Shown here: positions 10,043-19,646 of the stretch, one piece after another | Layout: the number at the start of each line of letters is the position of its first letter | Position numbering within the stretch: position 1 is the stretch's first letter | NCBI GenBank assembly: GCA_007376195.1 | Contig: VMFT01000001.1 | Coordinates: 1-54,487 of the forward strand | From: Parcubacteria group bacterium Gr01-1014_29 | Lineage (GTDB): Bacteria; Patescibacteriota; Minisyncoccia; Ryanbacterales; 2-02-FULL-48-12 | DNA: 54,487 bases | Direction of reading: 5' to 3' | Program-made: the position numbers and the translations under genes | The notes under the pieces: generated by a model | Seen by the model: the letters and a program-made list of their open reading frames with translations, nothing else | Told to the model about the DNA's origin: nothing | Databases searched by the model: none

Positions 10043-10106
10043 CACATAGCATTGAACACAAAGCATGAATCATGGGATATTTTTGTTCCATGTTCTATGT
10101 TCCATG
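10040..10106. repeat. Heptamer tandem/inverted repeat array
   Basis: taacaca/tagcatt/gaacaca/aagcatg/aatcatg then tgttcca/tgttcta/tgttcca; spans mraY stop to the next ATG. Confidence 0.7.
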
Positions 10107-11696
10107 AAATACGATATCATCATAAAAAATGGAACCATAATCGACGGCACCCAACAAGCGCCGTATACCAGCACGATCGCTGTAAAAAATAAGACTATAG
10201 CTCAAATCAACTCCCAAATAGCGGCGGACGCAAAAACGGTTATTGACGCAACAGGGCTTTATGTATGCCCGGGATTTATTGATATCACAAACCATTCCGA
10301 TACGCACTGGACCCTTTTTGACCATCCCTCACAAGAAAGCATGCTCCGGCAGGGAATTACCACCATCATTGGGGGATCGTGCGGCTCGTCCCTCGCACCC
10401 CTGTTGCACGGATCAATCAGCGCGGAGTCCATACAAAAATGGGTAGACACATCGCAAATAAACGTGAACTGGCTTCGTATGAGTGAGTTTCTTGACGAAG
10501 TAGGTCGCCATAAGCTCGGTGTTCATTTTGGCTCGCTGGTAGGCCACGGCACGCTCCGGAGAGACTGTATGAAAGATGCAGTATCACGCCCTGCGAACGC
10601 GATAGAAATCGAACAGATGGCGTTTTTATTGGACGGAGCGCTGAAGGAAGGCGCGTTTGGCCTTTCACTGGGACTTATGTTCAGTCACGGTCGTTCGGCA
10701 ACGGACGAAGAATTGCTGGAGCTTGGAAAAGTAGTAGCGGCTCACGATGGCATCCTTACCATACATCTGCGCGACGAAGGAAAAGATATTCTGCCGGCCG
10801 TAACGGAAACATTGCGCATGGCGCGCGAATCTGGCGCGCGAACGCACATAGTGCATTTCAAGGCAATTGGACGCGAATCCTGGGAACACCTGTCCCGCGC
10901 GCTGCCACTTATCCGCAAAGGTAGGGAAGAGGGCATGGATCTTACTGTCAGCACATTTCCCTACAAACGTACCGGCTCACTGCTGTATACACTCCTACCG
11001 TCCGCAAGTCGCAACGGCGGTAAGGATATGATCTTGAAACGCATCACAGATCAAAAACAGCGGCGACTCGTGGTGGAAAACCTCCGTAGTATGACATTGC
11101 ACTTCGAAAAACTTATCATCGCATCAGCAAAAAATACCCCGCAGGTTGCGGGCAAGTCCATTCAGGAACTCGCGCAAAGCCAGGAAATTGCGCCGGAGGA
11201 GGCGCTTCTCGAAGTGCTTCGTGTCAACGATCTTGCTGTGACAATATTCAGTGAAACCATCCATGAAAAAAATATCGCGGCAATTTATCTTGAACCGTAT
11301 TCTTGTTTTGCCACAGACGGTATCGGATTGGAAAAACCGGATCTGTCCCAAAATAACCACAATCTTGTACATCCACGATCTTTCGGCGCAACCGCGAAAT
11401 TTCTTGAAGAATTTGTGCGCAACCAATCTCTGTTTTCATGGGAACATGCAGTCTCAAAAATGACAAAAATCCCCGCCGACCTTATGCGCCTTTCTGATCG
11501 CGGCGTACTAAAAAAAGGCGCGCGGGCAGACATAACACTTATCAACCCAGAATCTATTCATGATGAGGCAACCTATACGGACCCGTTTCAGTATCCGGTC
11601 GGCATCCCGTGGGTGCTGGTGGAAGGCAGTATTGCAGTAGAAAACGGCTCACTCACGAGCAAGCGCGCTGGCACCATTCTTCGCGCAATGGCATGA
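10104..11696 (+). CDS. N-acyl-D-amino-acid deacylase (D-aminoacylase family amidohydrolase)
   Basis: PGFID, QGITTIIGGSCG, GHGTLR, HLRDE, HPRSFG, KMT..PA, RGVLKKGARADI. Confidence 0.9.
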   Translation: MKYDIIIKNGTIIDGTQQAPYTSTIAVKNKTIAQINSQIAADAKTVIDATGLYVCPGFIDITNHSDTHWTLFDHPSQESMLRQGITTIIGGSCGSSLAPLLHGSISAESIQKWVDTSQINVNWLRMSEFLDEVGRHKLGVHFGSLVGHGTLRRDCMKDAVSRPANAIEIEQMAFLLDGALKEGAFGLSLGLMFSHGRSATDEELLELGKVVAAHDGILTIHLRDEGKDILPAVTETLRMARESGARTHIVHFKAIGRESWEHLSRALPLIRKGREEGMDLTVSTFPYKRTGSLLYTLLPSASRNGGKDMILKRITDQKQRRLVVENLRSMTLHFEKLIIASAKNTPQVAGKSIQELAQSQEIAPEEALLEVLRVNDLAVTIFSETIHEKNIAAIYLEPYSCFATDGIGLEKPDLSQNNHNLVHPRSFGATAKFLEEFVRNQSLFSWEHAVSKMTKIPADLMRLSDRGVLKKGARADITLINPESIHDEATYTDPFQYPVGIPWVLVEGSIAVENGSLTSKRAGTILRAMA

Positions 11697-12796
11697 GTAT
11701 TTCCCGCGCGCAGCGTCCCGATTATATCCTTCTTGTCGCCGCAGGTATTCTTGTGATTGTCGGTATTTTTATGATTGCTTCCGTATCACCCAGCATTAGC
11801 AACGATAGATTTGGTGAGCCATATTACTTTCTTAAAAATCAGCTGGTAGGTGTTGTTGTCGGATGCGTTGCCCTTCTTATCTGCTGGCGCATCAAATATA
11901 CATTCTGGAAAAAAACAGCTCCATTCCTGCTTATTCTAAGCCTATTCTTGATGGCGCTCGTGTTTGTGCCAGGCATCGGCCTTGAGCTCAAAGGTGCCGC
12001 GCGCTGGATTCATTTTGATTCTGTTACCGTACAACCCGCGGAAATAACAAAGCTTGTTTTCATTATATATCTTGCCGCGTGGCTTGAGACAAAACGTAAG
12101 GAAGTAGGAAATTTTACCACCGGATTTCTTCCATTTCTCGTCATGCTTGGCATCATATCCATATTTTTTATCCTACAGCCGGATATTGGCACGTTGGGAG
12201 TTCTTGTGCTTGCCTCAACACTGCTCTTTTTTTTAGGAGGTGGTAGAATTGCGCAACTGGGAGTATTGTTGGTAGTGGGAGTTGCTGTTCTCGTACTGCT
12301 TGTGATGACGCAACCCTATCGCCTTGACCGCGTAACCGTTTTCTTGAAGCCGCAAACTGACTTACAAGGAATCGGCTATCAACTGCATCAGAGCTTGCTT
12401 GCAATAGGGTCGGGTGGGTTCTGGGGCAAGGGATTTGGCATGTCGCGCCAAAAATTCAGCTATCTTCCGGAACCGGTCGGAGATTCGATCTTTGCGGTAT
12501 TTGGAGAAGAATTCGGTTTCGTGGGAAGCATCGGTCTTGTCGGACTGTTTTTGGTGTTTATGTGGCGCGGCATGCGCATCGCGCGGCATGCGCCGGATTT
12601 ATTCGGCACCTATCTCGCTACCGGCATTATACTGTTAATAACCCTTCAAGCATTTACCAATATCGCCGCGGTCAGCGGACTTTTGCCGCTCACCGGCCTC
12701 CCATTATCTTTCATTAGTTTCGGCTCATCGGCTCTTGTTATAAATTTTGCCGAGGTTGGAATCCTTATGAATATTTCTAAATATATAACGCAATGA
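11693..12796 (+). CDS. ftsW: Cell division protein FtsW (SEDS glycosyltransferase)
   Basis: GAARWI, QPAE, QPDIGT, GYQLHQSL, LPEPVGDSIF, GLLPLTGLPL; directly before murG. Confidence 0.95.
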   Translation: MSISRAQRPDYILLVAAGILVIVGIFMIASVSPSISNDRFGEPYYFLKNQLVGVVVGCVALLICWRIKYTFWKKTAPFLLILSLFLMALVFVPGIGLELKGAARWIHFDSVTVQPAEITKLVFIIYLAAWLETKRKEVGNFTTGFLPFLVMLGIISIFFILQPDIGTLGVLVLASTLLFFLGGGRIAQLGVLLVVGVAVLVLLVMTQPYRLDRVTVFLKPQTDLQGIGYQLHQSLLAIGSGGFWGKGFGMSRQKFSYLPEPVGDSIFAVFGEEFGFVGSIGLVGLFLVFMWRGMRIARHAPDLFGTYLATGIILLITLQAFTNIAAVSGLLPLTGLPLSFISFGSSALVINFAEVGILMNISKYITQ

Positions 12797-13923
12797 AAAT
12801 CGTTCTCACCGGAGGCGGGTCCGGCGGGCATTTTACCCCCATCATTGCGATAGCGCAGTCCTTGCGACGTATCGCCGATGAAGAAAAAATCATTACGCTT
12901 GATCTGATATATATCGCCGATCAACCGTTCAATGAAGAACAACTTCGCGATGAAGATATCCGTTTCATTCATCTTACATCCGGCAAATGGCGCGGCTATT
13001 TCTCACTGAAAAACATAACGGATATTTTTAAGACGTTCTGGGCGCTCCTCCAGGCGTTATTGATTCTTTACAAAGAATTTCCTGACGTAGTGTTCGGCAA
13101 AGGAGGATCGATAAGTTTTCCCGTATTGTTTGCCGCCCGTTTCTACGGCATACCGATTATCATCCACGAATCAGACAGCACACCGGGGCGCGTAAATGCA
13201 TGGGCCGCAAAGTTCGCGGAGCGCATCGCGGTGGCATTTCCGGAAACAGTACAATCATTCCCCGCGGAAAAAACGGCTTATACCGGCAATCCCGTGCGAA
13301 GCAGAATTCTCGGTGGAAACGAAGAAGAAGCGCTCGCGTTATTTTCTCTTGAGCCGCATATCCCGACCATTCTTGTATTGGGCGGATCGCAAGGCGCACA
13401 GCCATTAAATGATATCTTCTTGCAAATTGCCCTGCGGATTACCGAAACGCATCAAATCATACATCAAACGGGAAAAGATAATTATAACGATGTGCTGAAA
13501 CAAGCCTCCGTTATTCTTGAAAAGTCGCCTCACCGCGGCCGGTATCGTATTTTCTCATTCCTTAATGAAGATCGACTCCGCAATGCCGCGCGGATTTCAC
13601 GTCTTGTCATATCGCGCGCGGGAGCAAACACTATTTTTGAGATCGCCGCATGGGGCATTCCAAGCATCCTCGTACCACTGCCACACGCCGCGAGCAACCA
13701 CCAACGGCATAATGCCTATATTTACGCGCGCGCCGGAGCATGCGAAGTCATTGAGGAATCTAACCTCACGCCGACGCTTCTTTTGAATGAAATAAACAAA
13801 CTACTGTCTGATGAAACTATTCAACATACCATGAAGGCGGCGGCACAGAAGTTCAGCCGTATTGACGCGGCGGAAAAAATAGCTCGCGAAATCATAAAAA
13901 TCGGATTGCATGAAGGCAGCTGA
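12793..13923 (+). CDS. murG: Lipid II GlcNAc transferase
   Basis: TGGGSGGH, HESD, TGNPVR, GGSQGA, SRAGA, HQ..NA. Confidence 0.97.
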   Translation: MKIVLTGGGSGGHFTPIIAIAQSLRRIADEEKIITLDLIYIADQPFNEEQLRDEDIRFIHLTSGKWRGYFSLKNITDIFKTFWALLQALLILYKEFPDVVFGKGGSISFPVLFAARFYGIPIIIHESDSTPGRVNAWAAKFAERIAVAFPETVQSFPAEKTAYTGNPVRSRILGGNEEEALALFSLEPHIPTILVLGGSQGAQPLNDIFLQIALRITETHQIIHQTGKDNYNDVLKQASVILEKSPHRGRYRIFSFLNEDRLRNAARISRLVISRAGANTIFEIAAWGIPSILVPLPHAASNHQRHNAYIYARAGACEVIEESNLTPTLLLNEINKLLSDETIQHTMKAAAQKFSRIDAAEKIAREIIKIGLHEGS

Positions 13924-13943
13924 TACAGCTATACTAGGGACAT

Positions 13944-15365
13944 ATGATTTCAAAAAAGCTGGCAGGCGTCCGCACGCGCATAGCTCCCAGCCCGACCGGC
14001 TGGCTGCACATCGGTACGGCGCGCGCAGCGCTTTTTAACTATTTGTTTGCCCGGCGTCATGGCGGAAGTTTCGTGGTGCGGATTGAAGATACTGACCTTG
14101 AACGCTCAGACAAAAAATTTGAGGCAGATATTTTAGAAGGACTCTCCTGGCTGGGAATTGAATGGGACGAAGGACCAATCGTTGATACTAGAAATTACAA
14201 AGGCGACTACGGACCGTACCGGCAAACAGAACGTCTTGACTCTTACGAGCACTATCTCAATAAGCTTTTAGAGCAGGGGAGAGTGTTTTATTGCGCGCAT
14301 ACCGCTCAAGAACTCGAAATAGAACATCGAGCTCAAATGGAAACAAAACAAGCGCTGCGACATATCTGCGCGCACCGCGACGCGAGCAATACGGAAGGAA
14401 TAATTCGATTCAAAAACACCGCGTCCGGATGCATTACCTTTACCGACTGCATCCGCGGCGCTATTTCATTCAACACAGAACTCCTGGGTGATTTTTCTCT
14501 TGCAAAAAATATACGCGCGCCCTTGTATAATTTTGCCGTAGTGATTGATGACAAGGAAATGGCTATTACGCATGTCCTTCGCGGCGAGGATCATATTCCC
14601 AATACCCCCAAACAAATACTCATACAGGACGCGCTCGCATTTGAGCGGCCGCTCTACGCCCACCTGCCGCTTATTCTTGGTCCTGACCGATCGAAACTTT
14701 CAAAACGCCATGGCGAGACATCACTCAACGCGTACCGCCACGAAGGGTATCTCGGGCAAGCTCTTGTTAATTTTATAGCGCTTCTTGGGTGGAATCCGGA
14801 TGATGAGCGCGAAATCTTTTCGTTAGATGAGCTTGAGAAAGAATTCTCTCTTGAGAAAGTGCAAAAATCCGGCGCCGTCTTTAATAAAGAGAAGCTCCAA
14901 TGGCTGAATGGGGAATATATCAGACGCATGGATAGAGAGACACTCGCGGCAAACCTGTATCCGTTTTTACAAGAATCATTTGGAAATATACCTCAAGACA
15001 TACTGCATAGGGTAGCAAAAATAGAACAACCACGTCTAAAAACCTTTGCGGATGTGCAGGCATTACCTTTTTTATTTAAAGACCCATCTTATGAGAAAGA
15101 ACTTCTTTTGTGGAAGGGAATTCAAGAACCAGTGGAGGCAGCGACACATTTGAGAGCAATTGAAAAAATATTGTGCGACATAAAGGATTTTGAAAAAACC
15201 CTTATGCCATATGCAGAACAACACGGTAAGGGAAACGTCCTCTGGCCGCTCCGCGTGGCGTTGAGTGGACAGGCGGCGTCTCCCGGACCGTTTGAGATTA
15301 TGTATGTTATCGGAAAAGAAGCAACGTTACGGCGCGTACGCAATGCGATTGCATTACTCAAATAA
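13944..15365 (+). CDS. gltX: Glutamate--tRNA ligase
   Basis: APSPTG, HIGT, RIEDTD, RGEDH, KLSKR. Confidence 0.97.
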   Translation: MISKKLAGVRTRIAPSPTGWLHIGTARAALFNYLFARRHGGSFVVRIEDTDLERSDKKFEADILEGLSWLGIEWDEGPIVDTRNYKGDYGPYRQTERLDSYEHYLNKLLEQGRVFYCAHTAQELEIEHRAQMETKQALRHICAHRDASNTEGIIRFKNTASGCITFTDCIRGAISFNTELLGDFSLAKNIRAPLYNFAVVIDDKEMAITHVLRGEDHIPNTPKQILIQDALAFERPLYAHLPLILGPDRSKLSKRHGETSLNAYRHEGYLGQALVNFIALLGWNPDDEREIFSLDELEKEFSLEKVQKSGAVFNKEKLQWLNGEYIRRMDRETLAANLYPFLQESFGNIPQDILHRVAKIEQPRLKTFADVQALPFLFKDPSYEKELLLWKGIQEPVEAATHLRAIEKILCDIKDFEKTLMPYAEQHGKGNVLWPLRVALSGQAASPGPFEIMYVIGKEATLRRVRNAIALLK

Positions 15366-16596
15366 ATATACATTGTTGGTACTACTTATGCTGTTTCCAT
15401 TCAGCGTGTTTTCAGCAACAGAATCCGAGCTTAGAACACGCATTGAAGAGCGCAACAAAGAAATACAAAAATTGGAAGAAGAAATAGCGCACTACCAGAC
15501 AACCCTCTCCCGCACTACGGAAAAATCAAATACGCTCCGGCAGGAAGTATCCCGGATCGAGACGCAAATAAAAAAACTTTCCGCTGACATCCGTCTTACC
15601 CAAAACCGCATTACCGCGACAGGGCTTCACATTGAAGAACTTGATGGGAAAATTATCGGCACCGAAACCCGCATGAAAACACAGCATGTCACGCTGGCAG
15701 AAACCATCCGACGAATTTATGAAAAAGACACGGATTCCCTTATAGAACTCCTGCTTCAAAATAAGCAGCTATCCGATTTCTTTGGCAATCTAGAAGATAT
15801 CCAGAGTCTTGAACGCTCTATCCAAGGTAACCTTTCCGAACTGCGAACCTTAAAAACGGCGCTGTTGGAAGAACGCGCGTCTCGTGAAGAGCAAAAAGAA
15901 AAGCTTTCACAGCTTGGGCGGGAACTTGATGATCGGCGCGATATTGAAGAGGGCGCAAAACAAGAAAAGAAAACACTTCTTGCCTCAACTAAAAATGAGG
16001 AAGCGCGCTATCAGCAATTATTGGCAAGCAGGGAAGCGCTGCGTGAAGAAATGCTTGCCGACATTCAACGTATTGAGGATGAACTACGCAAGCTCATTGA
16101 TCCATCTTCACTTCCAAATTCAGCCCGAGGTGTGTTGGCTTGGCCTCTAAAAGGTGCTACGATACTTACTCAAAGTTTCGGTAATACGCCGGACTCAAAA
16201 ATACTCTATAATGGAAAACCCCACAACGGTATTGATCTTGCCGCTCCCGTGGGTACGCCATTATTCACGGCCGAATCTGGCATTGTCCGCGAAACCGGCA
16301 ACACGGATGCGTTTTTAGGATGCCTTTCTTACGGACAGTGGATACTCATTGAACATCCGAATAACCTTGCCACGCTCTATGCGCATCTTTCGCGCATATC
16401 TGTGTCTAAAGGCACTACGGTGGCGCGTGGAGATAACATCGGCTATACTGGCGCTACCGGGTATGCCACGGGGCCCCACCTACACTTTACCGTATATGAC
16501 GCGGCTACCGTCCAATTCCGGGCTTCCACTCTATCTGGCAGCAACTGCAAATATCTGCCGTATGGCGGGTACTTGAATCCACTGGCATACCTATAA
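15343..16596 (+). CDS. Secreted coiled-coil M23 peptidase
   Basis: Signal peptide, long coiled coil, intact HNGID and HLH Zn motifs; start uncertain. Confidence 0.9.
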   Translation: MRLHYSNKYTLLVLLMLFPFSVFSATESELRTRIEERNKEIQKLEEEIAHYQTTLSRTTEKSNTLRQEVSRIETQIKKLSADIRLTQNRITATGLHIEELDGKIIGTETRMKTQHVTLAETIRRIYEKDTDSLIELLLQNKQLSDFFGNLEDIQSLERSIQGNLSELRTLKTALLEERASREEQKEKLSQLGRELDDRRDIEEGAKQEKKTLLASTKNEEARYQQLLASREALREEMLADIQRIEDELRKLIDPSSLPNSARGVLAWPLKGATILTQSFGNTPDSKILYNGKPHNGIDLAAPVGTPLFTAESGIVRETGNTDAFLGCLSYGQWILIEHPNNLATLYAHLSRISVSKGTTVARGDNIGYTGATGYATGPHLHFTVYDAATVQFRASTLSGSNCKYLPYGGYLNPLAYL

Positions 16597-16601
16597 TTAT
16601 A

Positions 16602-16634
16602 TAACTGACTAGACACCGAGTGTCTAGTCAGTTA
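16602..16634. repeat. Perfect 15-bp palindrome (ACAC-CGR-GTGT family)
   Basis: taactgactagacac-cga-gtgtctagtcagtta; related to 50363-50393. Confidence 0.9.
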
Positions 16635-16646
16635 AAATGTAAGCAT

Positions 16647-16856
16647 ATGTCCACAAATAAAGGTTTTATACAATTTGTTATTATACTACTATTATCAGTA
16701 TTAGTTTTGAGTCTGCTTGGAGTAAGCCTACAAGGATTATTTAACGACAAAACGATTCGAGAAAACTTTTTGTTTGTTTGGGACTTTCTGAAATACGCGT
16801 GGGGGACATACGTCTGGCCTTATTTACAAACGCTTTGGCAGTTAGTTATGTCGTGA
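16647..16856 (+). CDS. Small membrane protein with prepilin-like N-terminus
   Basis: MSTNKG/FIQFVIILLL... hydrophobic helix, 69 aa; TAAAAT 8 nt upstream. Confidence 0.7.
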   Translation: MSTNKGFIQFVIILLLSVLVLSLLGVSLQGLFNDKTIRENFLFVWDFLKYAWGTYVWPYLQTLWQLVMS

Positions 16857-16930
16857 AAGATATATTGGGCGACACTATATAATAAAGAACAGCTCTTCCC
16901 CACACTCACACAATAGTCTATTATTAAACT

Positions 16931-17557
16931 GTGCTTAAGGGAGAAATAATTTGGACAGAAGAAAAAATCCGTGAAGGTTTCAAAAAGTTTTTTCAAAAAC
17001 ACGGAAAATATCCTTCTGCTCTTGAAGTGGATATTTTTGAAGATTTACCTTCATCACGTCAAATTCAACGGAAATATGGTGGATTAGTAAGGATGCGAAC
17101 CAAGCTTGGTTTACCTGAGGTAGATTATACAAGGGGGTTAATCCGTTCTCAAAAGGCACAAGAGGTAGGCAAACGAGGTCTATTATATGAACAACAAGTA
17201 TATCAAATGCTTGTTTCCTATTTTGGCGAAATAGCAGTTCATGAACAAAAGCCATTTTTAGATTACTCGGGTAGGTATGACTTCTATGTATATTCAAAAG
17301 ACAACATCTTTGCTATTGATGTATTTTATCCAATTGATCTTTTTAGCTTTGCAGGTTGCGTAAACTCAAAACAGAGATTATATAAAAACTTTAAAGAAGA
17401 GATTATTTTGCTCTGTGTAAATTCAGAAATAAAACAAATGGCAATAGAGAAGGCCTTAAAGACAAAGAAGAACATGCTACCACCGAATATCCAAGTTCTG
17501 GATACAGACCAGTTCAAAAAATTTATCAAAAGTAAGATACCACTTAAGGTTGAATAA
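16931..17557 (+). CDS. Putative endonuclease: homing-endonuclease-associated repeat plus PD-(D/E)XK-like domain
   Basis: WTEEKI...GKYPS...PSSRQIQRKYGG...LGL repeat pattern; E...EQKP...YDFYV...AIDV nuclease-like core; AT-rich; GTG start. Confidence 0.6.
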   Translation: MLKGEIIWTEEKIREGFKKFFQKHGKYPSALEVDIFEDLPSSRQIQRKYGGLVRMRTKLGLPEVDYTRGLIRSQKAQEVGKRGLLYEQQVYQMLVSYFGEIAVHEQKPFLDYSGRYDFYVYSKDNIFAIDVFYPIDLFSFAGCVNSKQRLYKNFKEEIILLCVNSEIKQMAIEKALKTKKNMLPPNIQVLDTDQFKKFIKSKIPLKVE

Positions 17558-17648
17558 ATAAAAGCAAAACCTCCTTATCGAGTATAGATATCTCCTCCCC
17601 CTGTGCCCCATGAAACACCACGAATGTCGTGCAATGAAATCAATCGAC

Positions 17649-17677
17649 AAAAAAACGGCAGGAACTCTCTCCTGCCG
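17649..17677 (-). terminator. Rho-independent terminator
   Basis: cggcagga/tcctgccg stem with 7-U tail on minus strand, just after the 17688 stop. Confidence 0.8.
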
Positions 17678-17687
17678 CCAAAACTCG

Positions 17688-17942
17688 TCAACAACAAGGT
17701 ATGGGATGCCTATCCGGAAAAAAATTAAACGCTTCAAAGCTGTCTGTTTGTGAACGAGCGTCGTTGAGAAGCGTCAGATGCTGGAGCTGTCGCAAAACAT
17801 CCGGAAAGTTTTTTCTCAATAATTCCTGTAATTCTCCTTTAGATAAATGCAATGGTTTTGCGTGTTTCAATTCGTAAAATAACTGATACACAGTATCTAC
17901 CGATTCAGAAAATTCCCGTTCTAATTGCGATACGTCATCCAT
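17688..17942 (-). CDS. Hypothetical protein (84 aa)
   Basis: ATG with AAGGGGA upstream, own terminator downstream. Confidence 0.65.
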   Translation of the reverse strand: MDDVSQLEREFSESVDTVYQLFYELKHAKPLHLSKGELQELLRKNFPDVLRQLQHLTLLNDARSQTDSFEAFNFFPDRHPIPCC

Positions 17943-17994
17943 ATAAGATCCCCTTTTGTTGTATTATGCCTTCTTTGATAGAATAGCATAACCT

Positions 17995-19176
17995 ATGCGT
18001 ACATCCTATTCAGCGCTGGAAACATTCCGGCAATGCCCGCAAAAATATAAGTTTCAACAGATAGAAAAAATTAAAACGCCAAAATCAAAGGAGGCGATAT
18101 TTGGCACGCTCGTACATAGCGGGCTGCGCTATCTTTTCTCGCGCGATCCGTTATACCCTTCTCTCGACGAAGTCATAGCGCATTTTGGCGCGTCTTGGTC
18201 ATCGGTGGAAATTGCCGAAATTACCGAAGAAGAAAAAACAGCGTATCTTACGCAAGGCGAATCGCTTCTCCGCCGGTTTTACGCCAAAAACCAACCGTGG
18301 AATTTTAACGTGCTAGACTTGGAATCTCGCTTTGAAATTATCGTGGAGGACCCGAAAACAGGCACCATGCATACCCTTGCGGGTATTATGGATCGTATAG
18401 ACAAACCTGATGACGCGCACTACGAAATAATTGACTATAAGACGAGCCGGAAAATGAAGTCACAAGACGCGCTTGATACCGATTTTCAGCTTTCGCTCTA
18501 TCATCTCGCCCTCATAAAACGCTGGCCCCACATTAACCCAAACGCGCTATCGCTTTCGTTGTATTACGTTAAACACAATGAAAAATTAACCACTACACGT
18601 ACCATCGTCCAGACAGAAGAGACAAAACAGCACGTGCTAGAAACAATTCGTGATATTGAGATACGTACCTTTTCGAATGATTTTCCTCCCCAACCATCTG
18701 CTCTCTGCGACTGGTGCGGGTATAAAGCAATGTGTCCGGCGTGGAAATTTTTATTCCTGAAATCTGAAACACGAAACTTGAAACGTGAGAACATAGAACA
18801 TATCACCAAAGAGTTTTTTGCTTTGAAAAAAAATAACCAAGAAACAACAAAGCGTCTTGCCGAGTTGCAGACAGATATAAAGGCGTATATGGATCAAGAA
18901 GGCATCACGCGTATATTTGGCGAAGGCGGCGTTATTTCAAAAACCGTGCAAGAGCGGTATTCCTATGACTACGAAAAAATACGATCAGCGCTTGAAGCGC
19001 ACAACCGTCTTGATGTCTGGAACGCTCTATTGACCCCGGATGACAAAAAACTAAAAACCATGCTGCCCACACTCCCCTCCCCCTTGAAAGAGCAGGTACT
19101 GGAAGCCCGTTCAATAGCAAAGAAATTTGAAGTGCTGAGCGCAACCATAAAAAAAGCTTCCAACCCCTTCTCTTAG
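17995..19176 (+). CDS. PD-(D/E)XK nuclease (RecB/AddB/Cas4-like, 4-Cys staple)
   Basis: SYSALETFRQCP, GTLVH, GIMDRID, IIDYKT, QLSLY, CDWCGYKAMC. Confidence 0.9.
   Translation: MRTSYSALETFRQCPQKYKFQQIEKIKTPKSKEAIFGTLVHSGLRYLFSRDPLYPSLDEVIAHFGASWSSVEIAEITEEEKTAYLTQGESLLRRFYAKNQPWNFNVLDLESRFEIIVEDPKTGTMHTLAGIMDRIDKPDDAHYEIIDYKTSRKMKSQDALDTDFQLSLYHLALIKRWPHINPNALSLSLYYVKHNEKLTTTRTIVQTEETKQHVLETIRDIEIRTFSNDFPPQPSALCDWCGYKAMCPAWKFLFLKSETRNLKRENIEHITKEFFALKKNNQETTKRLAELQTDIKAYMDQEGITRIFGEGGVISKTVQERYSYDYEKIRSALEAHNRLDVWNALLTPDDKKLKTMLPTLPSPLKEQVLEARSIAKKFEVLSATIKKASNPFS
18758..18792 (+). repeat. Heptamer array inside coding sequence
   Basis: tgaaatc/tgaaaca/cgaaact/tgaaacg/tgagaac, read as KSETRNLKRE. 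Confidence 0.7.
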
Positions 19177-19181
19177 CACGC

Positions 19182-19568
19182 TCACAACCCATCGCATCCT
19201 GACGCAATAGTATAGCCGGCTGATTGGGCTGCTTTTTCCGAATCAAACCATATTCTATTTGCTTCCTTTATACGACTTAGGCCGCCACACCACGGATAAT
19301 AATATCGTTTGCCGTTGCGGCTTGCGGCAACCAGTCCCGGAAAACCGCTTGCGTTCATGTATTCCTCGTATAAAAACTCATCACCAAAAGACGAAGATGT
19401 ATCCGTAAACTCAACAGGAGTATGATCTTGCAGTATAAATCCAAGTCGCAACACACCAAATCCCAGCACAACTATAAGAAATATACTCATACCCAAAAAG
19501 GCGAAATCAGCATTCCTCCCCCACCATTCCTTGCTATTTTCTTTCAGTTTTGTTATTATTTGAAACAT
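19182..19568 (-). CDS. Membrane-anchored protein with Ada-like metal-binding C-terminal domain
   Basis: Single TM then ASRNGKRYYYPWC...NRIWF.SEKAAQSAGY...C; ATG 19568. Confidence 0.75.
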   Translation of the reverse strand: MFQIITKLKENSKEWWGRNADFAFLGMSIFLIVVLGFGVLRLGFILQDHTPVEFTDTSSSFGDEFLYEEYMNASGFPGLVAASRNGKRYYYPWCGGLSRIKEANRIWFDSEKAAQSAGYTIASGCDGL

Positions 19569-19579
19569 ATTAGTAATAA

Positions 19580-19646
19580 GGTATCCCGCCTCTGGCGGGA
19601 TGCTCATAAAATATAGTCGTTTTACTCCTTATTTTATGGCACATAC
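19580..19646 (+). repeat. Double-hairpin leader element, copy 1 (overlaps rpmA start)
   Basis: atcccgcc-tct-ggcgggat then gctcataaaata...tattttATGgc; homologous to 39011-39078 and 52918-52986. Confidence 0.85.

Noticed and set aside
16866-17610. tmRNA, RNase P, SRP or intron-containing tRNA around the nuclease-like gene
   Set aside because: None of the conserved signatures (T-arm with CCA, GAGGAAAGTCC, SRP loop, group I core) is visible
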